A stretch of DNA of 64,000 bases from contig CATNCE010000004.1 in NCBI GenBank assembly GCA_950097225.1, positions 2,493 to 66,492 on the forward strand. The letters are read 5' to 3'. The translations under genes were made by a program, and so were the position numbers. The stretch is from an uncultured Bacilli bacterium. GTDB lineage: Bacteria > Bacillota_I > Bacilli_A > RF39 > UBA660. The notes under the pieces were generated by a model that saw only the letters and a program-made list of their open reading frames with translations, searched no databases and was not told where the DNA came from. Positions 59,323 through 64,000 of this stretch are shown piece by piece (position 1 is the first letter of the stretch; each line of letters starts with the position of its first letter).

Positions 59323-61776
59323 ATGGATAATAATGGAATTGTAAAAATTAATATTGAAGATGAAATTAAGGATTCATTTTTGGAATATTCAATGAGTGTA
59401 ATTGTTGCACGTGCTTTACCTGACCTTAGAGATGGTTTAAAGCCAGTTCACAGACGTATTTTATATTCTATGTATGAGAATGGCTATACACCTGATAAAC
59501 CTTTCAGAAAGTCTGCTAAGACGGTTGGAGAGGTTATGGGTAATTACCATCCGCATGGAGATTCATCTATTTATGATGCTATGGTACGTATGGCTCAGCC
59601 TTTTTCTTATCGTAATGTATTAATTGATGGCCATGGAAATTTTGGTTCTATGGATGGCGATGGTGCAGCAGCAATGCGTTATACTGAGGCTAGACTTTCT
59701 AAGCTTTCATTGGAATTATTAAGGGATATAAAGAAGGATACTGTTGATTTTGTTCCTAATTTCGACGATACAACAACAGAACCATCGATATTACCATGTC
59801 GTTTTCCTAATATTTTGGTAAATGGTACAGTTGGTATTGCCGTTGGTATGGCAACAAATATTCCTCCTCATAATTTAGGAGAGGTAATAAATGGATGTAT
59901 TGCCTATATCGATAATCATGATATAACTACTGATGAATTGATGGAGCATGTAAAAGGTCCAGATTTTCCAACAGGAGCTGTTATTCTTGGTAATTCGGGT
60001 ATTAGAAGAGCTTATGAAACTGGTAAAGGAACTATTACTTTACGAGGTAAGGTGGCAATCGAGGAAAATAATGGACACCAAACCATTATTATTACTGAGT
60101 TACCATATATGGTTAATAAGAAACTTTTTCAACATCGTATTGCTGAGTTAGTTCGCGATAAGTTAATCGATGGAATCGCTGATTTACATGAAGAAACTAA
60201 CCTTGAAAATGGTGTTAAAATTGTTATTACTCTTAAAAAGGATGCTAATGCTAATGTAGTTTTGAACAATTTATACAAGCAAACAGCATTACAATCGAAT
60301 TTTAGTATTAATTTGTTAATGATTGATCAACAAAAACCATGTACTTATGGATTGAAGACAATTATTTCTAAATATGTTGAGTTCCAAAAAGAAGTTATTA
60401 TTCGTCGTACTAAGTATGATTTGGGTAAAGCTGAGGATCGTGTGCATATTTTAAATGGTTTGAAGATTGCGTTAGATAATATTGATGAAGTTGTTCACAT
60501 TATTCGTAATTCGAAGACTGATGAGATTGCTAAACAGCAATTAATTGAACGTTTTGGTTTGACTGATATTCAAACTGAGGCAATATTAGAAATGCGCCTT
60601 AGAAGATTAACTGGCTTAGAAATCGACAAGATTTTAGAAGAATTAGCTGAGTTATTAGAAAAAATTAAGTATTATAGAGCGATTTTAGAAAGCGATGAGA
60701 TGGTTTTAGGAATTATTAAGGATGAATTAATTGAAATAAGAGAACGTTATGCTGATGAACGTCGTACTTATATCGATATGACCGCTGTTGATTTCATTGA
60801 TGATGAGTCTTTAATTCCTGAAGAAAACATTATTGTTAGTATAACTGATAAGGGTTATATTAAAAGATGTACATCAGATACATTTAAATCTCAACATCGT
60901 GGTGGTGTAGGAGTTAAGGGAATGTCGACGAATGAAGAGGATTATGTTAAACATTTGATTAATTGCTCAACGCATGATTATGTTGCATTTTTTACTAATA
61001 AGGGAAAAGTGTATCGTATTAAAGGTTATGAAATACCAGAGTATTCTCGCCAAGCTAAAGGACTTCCAATCATTAATCTATTGCAAATAGAGAAGGATGA
61101 GCGAATTAGTTCAATAGTTGCATATAACCGTGAACTTGAGGATTCTTATCTGTGTTTTGCTACTAAAAATGGTATCGTTAAACGTACTAGATTGGATGAA
61201 TTTGAAAATATTCGAACAAGCGGTAAAATTGCTATTAGTTTAAGAGAAGGAGACGAGCTTTTAGATGTTAAGAGTACAGATGGAGATTCTAAGATTATTT
61301 TAGCTTCTACTTCAGGCCGCATGGTTGTTTTTGACGAGAATGAGATTAGACCAATGGGACGTACAGCTTCGGGAGTTCGTGGAATTAATTTAGATGGTGA
61401 ATTCTGTACAGGAATGGAAATCGGCAAGCTTGATGATAATATTTTAGTTGTTACTAAGAATGGTTATGGAAAGAAAACCTTTGTTAATGAGTACAGAATG
61501 ACTAAACGTGGTAGCAAAGGAGTAAAGGCTCTTAGCATAACTGATAAGAATGGACCATTAGTTGCTCATAAAATTGTTAACAATGATTCTGATTTAATGA
61601 TTATTACTGAATCAGGCATGTTGATTCGTTTACCAATTGAACAAATTTCTCAATTAGGCCGAGTTACACAAGGTGTTAAATTGATAAATTTGAGAGAGAA
61701 TCAATTTGTATCAACAGTGAGTGTTGTTTCTAAAGATGAGGAAGTGACAACTGATGAAGAGAGTGTGGAAGAATAG
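59323..61776 (+). CDS. gyrA: DNA gyrase subunit A
   Basis: [18 protein letters not shown] active-site Tyr region, and C-terminal beta-pinwheel repeats. Confidence 0.97.
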   Translation: MDNNGIVKINIEDEIKDSFLEYSMSVIVARALPDLRDGLKPVHRRILYSMYENGYTPDKPFRKSAKTVGEVMGNYHPHGDSSIYDAMVRMAQPFSYRNVLIDGHGNFGSMDGDGAAAMRYTEARLSKLSLELLRDIKKDTVDFVPNFDDTTTEPSILPCRFPNILVNGTVGIAVGMATNIPPHNLGEVINGCIAYIDNHDITTDELMEHVKGPDFPTGAVILGNSGIRRAYETGKGTITLRGKVAIEENNGHQTIIITELPYMVNKKLFQHRIAELVRDKLIDGIADLHEETNLENGVKIVITLKKDANANVVLNNLYKQTALQSNFSINLLMIDQQKPCTYGLKTIISKYVEFQKEVIIRRTKYDLGKAEDRVHILNGLKIALDNIDEVVHIIRNSKTDEIAKQQLIERFGLTDIQTEAILEMRLRRLTGLEIDKILEELAELLEKIKYYRAILESDEMVLGIIKDELIEIRERYADERRTYIDMTAVDFIDDESLIPEENIIVSITDKGYIKRCTSDTFKSQHRGGVGVKGMSTNEEDYVKHLINCSTHDYVAFFTNKGKVYRIKGYEIPEYSRQAKGLPIINLLQIEKDERISSIVAYNRELEDSYLCFATKNGIVKRTRLDEFENIRTSGKIAISLREGDELLDVKSTDGDSKIILASTSGRMVVFDENEIRPMGRTASGVRGINLDGEFCTGMEIGKLDDNILVVTKNGYGKKTFVNEYRMTKRGSKGVKALSITDKNGPLVAHKIVNNDSDLMIITESGMLIRLPIEQISQLGRVTQGVKLINLRENQFVSTVSVVSKDEEVTTDEESVEE

Positions 61777-61843
61777 AACACTTTCTTTTTTTTTGTTCTT
61801 CTTTTTAATATAATGTTAATAAGAAGAGCGGCTATTCGTTTTA

Positions 61844-61859
61844 TGTTTCACGTGAAACT
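61844..61859. promoter_or_regulatory. parS-like site 1 (15/16)
   Basis: TGTTTCACGTGAAACT. The perfect palindrome is 14 bp (61845-61858). Confidence 0.8.
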
Positions 61860-61903
61860 ACACATTTTGAAAATCTGTTTTTAACATGTTTAATGATAAC
61901 CAA

Positions 61904-61919
61904 TGTTTCACGTGAAACA
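61904..61919. promoter_or_regulatory. parS site 2
   Basis: TGTTTCACGTGAAACA. The perfect palindrome extends to 20 bp (61902-61921). Confidence 0.85.
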
Positions 61920-62005
61920 TTCATTTAATATAATTATCTGTGTTTATGAGGGAAAAAAGTACTAAAATATTCAAAATACAGATAAATAGCATAGTACTTT
62001 TCTAA

Positions 62006-62021
62006 TGTTTCACGTGAAACA
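62006..62021. promoter_or_regulatory. parS site 3
   Basis: TGTTTCACGTGAAACA. The perfect palindrome extends to 32 bp (61998-62029). Confidence 0.85.
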
Positions 62022-62111
62022 TTAGAAAATAATAGTTATGGTGTTAAAAATCGAACCTCATAATCAGAATTTGTAGCTTAATTGCTAGAAGTGGGTTATC
62101 TATTTATACGA

Positions 62112-62127
62112 TGTTTCACGTGAAACA
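62112..62127. promoter_or_regulatory. parS site 4
   Basis: TGTTTCACGTGAAACA. The perfect palindrome is 18 bp (62111-62128). Confidence 0.85.
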
Positions 62128-62324
62128 TTGATTGTTGGCATTGATAAATAAATCCGATGTTAGTTTTAATTATATTATACTGAAAGGTTTATGTCAGAGT
62201 TCAATATTTAACTTGAGATGTAGCATGCTTTCTGCTTTTTTTATAAATAGTTCCTAAAAAGGATGATAATTTCTAACAAATAATTAATATTGGATTATAT
62301 ATTAAGTTGGTTAAAATTTCACAA

Positions 62325-62340
62325 TGTTTCACGTGAAACA
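62325..62340. promoter_or_regulatory. parS site 5
   Basis: TGTTTCACGTGAAACA. The perfect palindrome extends to 30 bp (62318-62347). Confidence 0.85.
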
Positions 62341-62419
62341 TTGTGAATATAAATATTTCATATTTTATCTAGAATAATTCTTATGAACTTAATTTTTATT
62401 CTTCGCTTTCTTATTGATA

Positions 62420-62435
62420 TGTTTCACGTGAAACA
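62420..62435. promoter_or_regulatory. parS site 6
   Basis: TGTTTCACGTGAAACA. The perfect palindrome extends to 28 bp (62414-62441). Confidence 0.85.
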
Positions 62436-62537
62436 TATCAAGTAAATATTCTTTGTTTTTTTATAAAAGAAACAATGATTTTAAGCAAAAAAGTAAATAT
62501 TAGATAGTGTATTTGGAATCTATCAGTCGTTTTTCAA

Positions 62538-62553
62538 TGTTTCACGTGAAACA
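62538..62553. promoter_or_regulatory. parS site 7
   Basis: TGTTTCACGTGAAACA. The perfect palindrome extends to 28 bp (62532-62559). Confidence 0.85.
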
Positions 62554-62634
62554 TTGAAAGAAAATAAAGATGAAATTAACTAATGTATTTATAAAGAAGG
62601 AGTTGAATACTTATGACTGCAAGTTCGATTTATA

Positions 62635-62650
62635 TGTTTCACGTGAAACA
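62635..62650. promoter_or_regulatory. parS site 8
   Basis: TGTTTCACGTGAAACA. The perfect palindrome extends to 22 bp (62632-62653). Confidence 0.85.
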
Positions 62651-62744
62651 TATTTTATACAGATATTTTGTTTTTGAAAGAAATGTTATCTTTTTCTGTA
62701 CAAATATTAATAATTATTGAAGTAATGTAAACGTATATCATCAA

Positions 62745-62760
62745 TGTTTCACGTGAAACA
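62745..62760. promoter_or_regulatory. parS site 9
   Basis: TGTTTCACGTGAAACA. The perfect palindrome extends to 20 bp (62743-62762). Confidence 0.85.
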
Positions 62761-62921
62761 TTAGTTGTAAATATAGTTATCAACATTTTATTTTTATTTT
62801 ATTCGTAGATATAAGGCTATTTCTTGAAATCTGTGTGTTGTGACAGAAATTTAGAATTTGTTTTAAGCATAAAATGGCAAAAAAAGCTATACTTTTTTAT
62901 AAAATATGTTATAATTTAATT

Positions 62922-62998
62922 GCGCAACAGATATGTTAGAACTTGGTCAGGATCGGAAGATAGCAGCCATAATATCCTCTATTTGTGTGCGCTTTTTT
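62922..62998 (+). ncRNA. ffs: small signal recognition particle RNA (4.5S/scRNA type)
   Basis: GGTCAGGATCGGAAGATAGCAGCC matches the conserved SRP domain IV motif (GGUCAGGUCCGGAAGGAAGCAGCC in E. coli 4.5S). The closing helix is GCGCAACAGATA / TATTTGTGTGCGC followed by a T-run. Extended -10 TGtTATAAT at 62907-62915. Position next to tadA/dnaX as in Bacillus. Confidence 0.75.
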
Positions 62999-63012
62999 TA
63001 TGAGGTGATAAT

Positions 63013-63438
63013 GTGAATGAATATTTTAATATAGCGCTTAAAGAAGCTGATAAAGCGCTTCGTTCTTTCGACGTTCCTGTGGGTGCAGTTATAGTTTTCA
63101 ACAATAAAATTATTTCTAGAGCACATAATAAAAGAATTCGGACACATGATGTGACTAATCATGCTGAGATTATCGCGATTAAAAAGGCCGCAAAAAAAAT
63201 GAGGGATTGGAGATTGTCCGATTGTGATTTATATGTTACTTTAGAACCTTGTGATATGTGTAAGGAAATTATCCTTCAATCACGGATAAGAAGCGTCTAT
63301 TATTTAGCAAATAAGCCTTCTTATAAAAAAGGGTATAAAAAAACTGAGTTTGTGAATGTGGGAACAGATATGAGTTTTCAACAACAAGAATCGTCCGATA
63401 AGTTATCAACATTTTTTAAAATGAACTGCAAAAGATAG
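63013..63438 (+). CDS. tadA: tRNA-specific adenosine deaminase TadA
   Basis: CDA zinc motifs HAEIIAI and LEPCDMC. GTG start after GAGGTGA. Confidence 0.9.
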   Translation: MNEYFNIALKEADKALRSFDVPVGAVIVFNNKIISRAHNKRIRTHDVTNHAEIIAIKKAAKKMRDWRLSDCDLYVTLEPCDMCKEIILQSRIRSVYYLANKPSYKKGYKKTEFVNVGTDMSFQQQESSDKLSTFFKMNCKR

Positions 63439-63473
63439 GAAAAACATGATATAATTTTATTAGGTGAGTAGTC

Positions 63474-64000
63474 ATGTATTATAAAGTTTTATATCGAAAG
63501 TATCGTCCAACGAATTTTGATGATTTAGTTGGACAGGATCATATTAAGGGTATTTTAAAAAATTCGATTATTAACAATAAAATTGCTCATGCCTATATGT
63601 TTACGGGCCCAAGAGGGACTGGAAAAACCAGTTCAGCGAAGATTTTTGCAAGAACGCTTAATTGTTTGAATCCTAATGCTGGAATTCCTTGCGGTGAGTG
63701 TGATAATTGTTTGAATTTTAGTACTTCGCCCGATGTAATTGAGATGGACGCAGCTAGTAATAATAGTGTCGATGATATTCGTGAAATTATAGATAATGTG
63801 AGTGTTGCTCCAACTAATAGTAAGTATAAAATTTATATTATTGATGAGGTACACATGCTTTCGAATCAAGCTTGGAATGCTTTTTTGAAAACTTTAGAGG
63901 AGCCTCCACACAACGTAATTTTTATTTTGGCAACAACTGATATTCAAAAAGTGCCGATTACAGTTTTATCCCGTTGTCAGAGGTTTGATTTTCAACGTAT
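63474..64000 (+). CDS. dnaX: DNA polymerase III gamma/tau subunit, 5' part (runs off the window)
   Basis: Hand translation from the ATG at 63474 gives [24 protein letters not shown]...[17 protein letters not shown]...CGECDNC...IIDEVHMLS...TLEEPP...SRCQRFDF. The frame is open to position 64000. Confidence 0.92.
   Translation, partial: MYYKVLYRKYRPTNFDDLVGQDHIKGILKNSIINNKIAHAYMFTGPRGTGKTSSAKIFARTLNCLNPNAGIPCGECDNCLNFSTSPDVIEMDAASNNSVDDIREIIDNVSVAPTNSKYKIYIIDEVHMLSNQAWNAFLKTLEEPPHNVIFILATTDIQKVPITVLSRCQRFDFQR

Larger units (their letters stand above)
61844..62760. repeat. array of nine parS palindromes with unique spacers in an ORF-free region
   Basis: GTTTCACGTGAAAC occurs nine times. Eight copies are the perfect 16-mer TGTTTCACGTGAAACA. 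No ORF of 60 aa or more lies between 61777 and 63012 in any frame. Confidence 0.9.

Noticed and set aside
61844-62760. CRISPR array interpretation of the repeat/unique-spacer pattern
   Set aside because: Spacer lengths between the 16-bp sites are highly irregular, about 44 to 197 bp. The repeat is a perfect palindrome identical to parS. The repeat boundaries differ between copies, and no cas genes or leader are present in the window.
62777-62785. Isolated TTATCAACA DnaA-box-like nonamer just after the parS array
   Set aside because: It is a single occurrence in AT-rich DNA and could easily be chance. There is no cluster and no adjacent unwinding element.
63633-63869. 78-aa minus-strand ORF
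   Set aside because: It lies entirely antisense within the clearly recognisable dnaX coding frame. The same reasoning applies to other embedded antisense or alternate-frame ORFs in the track, such as 1792-2190, 9525-9866, 27482-27925, 39053-39364, 42473-42805, 55820-56014 and 61146-61427.
1-64000. Mollicutes-type genetic code (TGA = Trp), suggested by the very low GC content
   Set aside because: Conserved genes end at TGA where homologues end (for example the ku and ligase ATGA overlaps). Trp in conserved motifs is encoded by TGG. All housekeeping ORFs are full length under the standard code.
1-64000. Prophage, transposon, integron or other mobile element; rRNA or tRNA genes
   Set aside because: No integrase, transposase, recombinase, terminal inverted repeats or phage structural genes were recognised. 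No tRNA cloverleaf or rRNA-like sequence was noticed. The accessory-looking 24-31.6 kb block shows decay but has no mobility genes.

Overview
This is a very AT-rich, standard-code, Firmicutes-type chromosome segment (Erysipelotrichia/Clostridia-like, with sporulation genes) that contains the replication origin. The conserved origin core is present: rpmH-rnpA-yidC-jag-mnmE-mnmG-rsmG plus a ParB-family gene on the minus strand, and dnaA-dnaN-(ComK-like)-recF-gyrB-gyrA on the plus strand. DnaA-box clusters sit on both sides of dnaA. Left of the origin lie housekeeping and sporulation genes (prfA, prmC, spoIIR, murA, rpmE, rpiB, spoIID, a SpoIIQ-like protein, recG). Next comes an accessory, partly decayed block: an OmpR-type response regulator, a truncated histidine kinase fused by deletion to a truncated FtsX-type permease, an ABC ATPase, lipoproteins, VanZ and a frameshifted gene. 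Further left are an MBOAT/DHHW acylation module and a plus-strand double-strand-break repair island (addB, addA, a UvrD-like helicase, Ku, and LigD split into ligase and PE-Pol genes). The window starts with an operon of three uncharacterised helical proteins. The most unusual feature is a 1.2-kb ORF-free region between gyrA and a small SRP RNA/tadA/dnaX. It carries nine copies of the ParB-binding parS palindrome TGTTTCACGTGAAACA, separated by unique spacers and each embedded in its own longer palindrome, like a plasmid centromere. The only ParB-family gene in the window looks Noc-like and has no adjacent parA/soj. Two structurally similar promoter-to-terminator small-RNA candidates with C-rich single-stranded motifs flank recG. 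No rRNA, tRNA, CRISPR array, transposase or integrase was seen. All calls come from reading the ORF translations and the sequence by eye; no database search was run.
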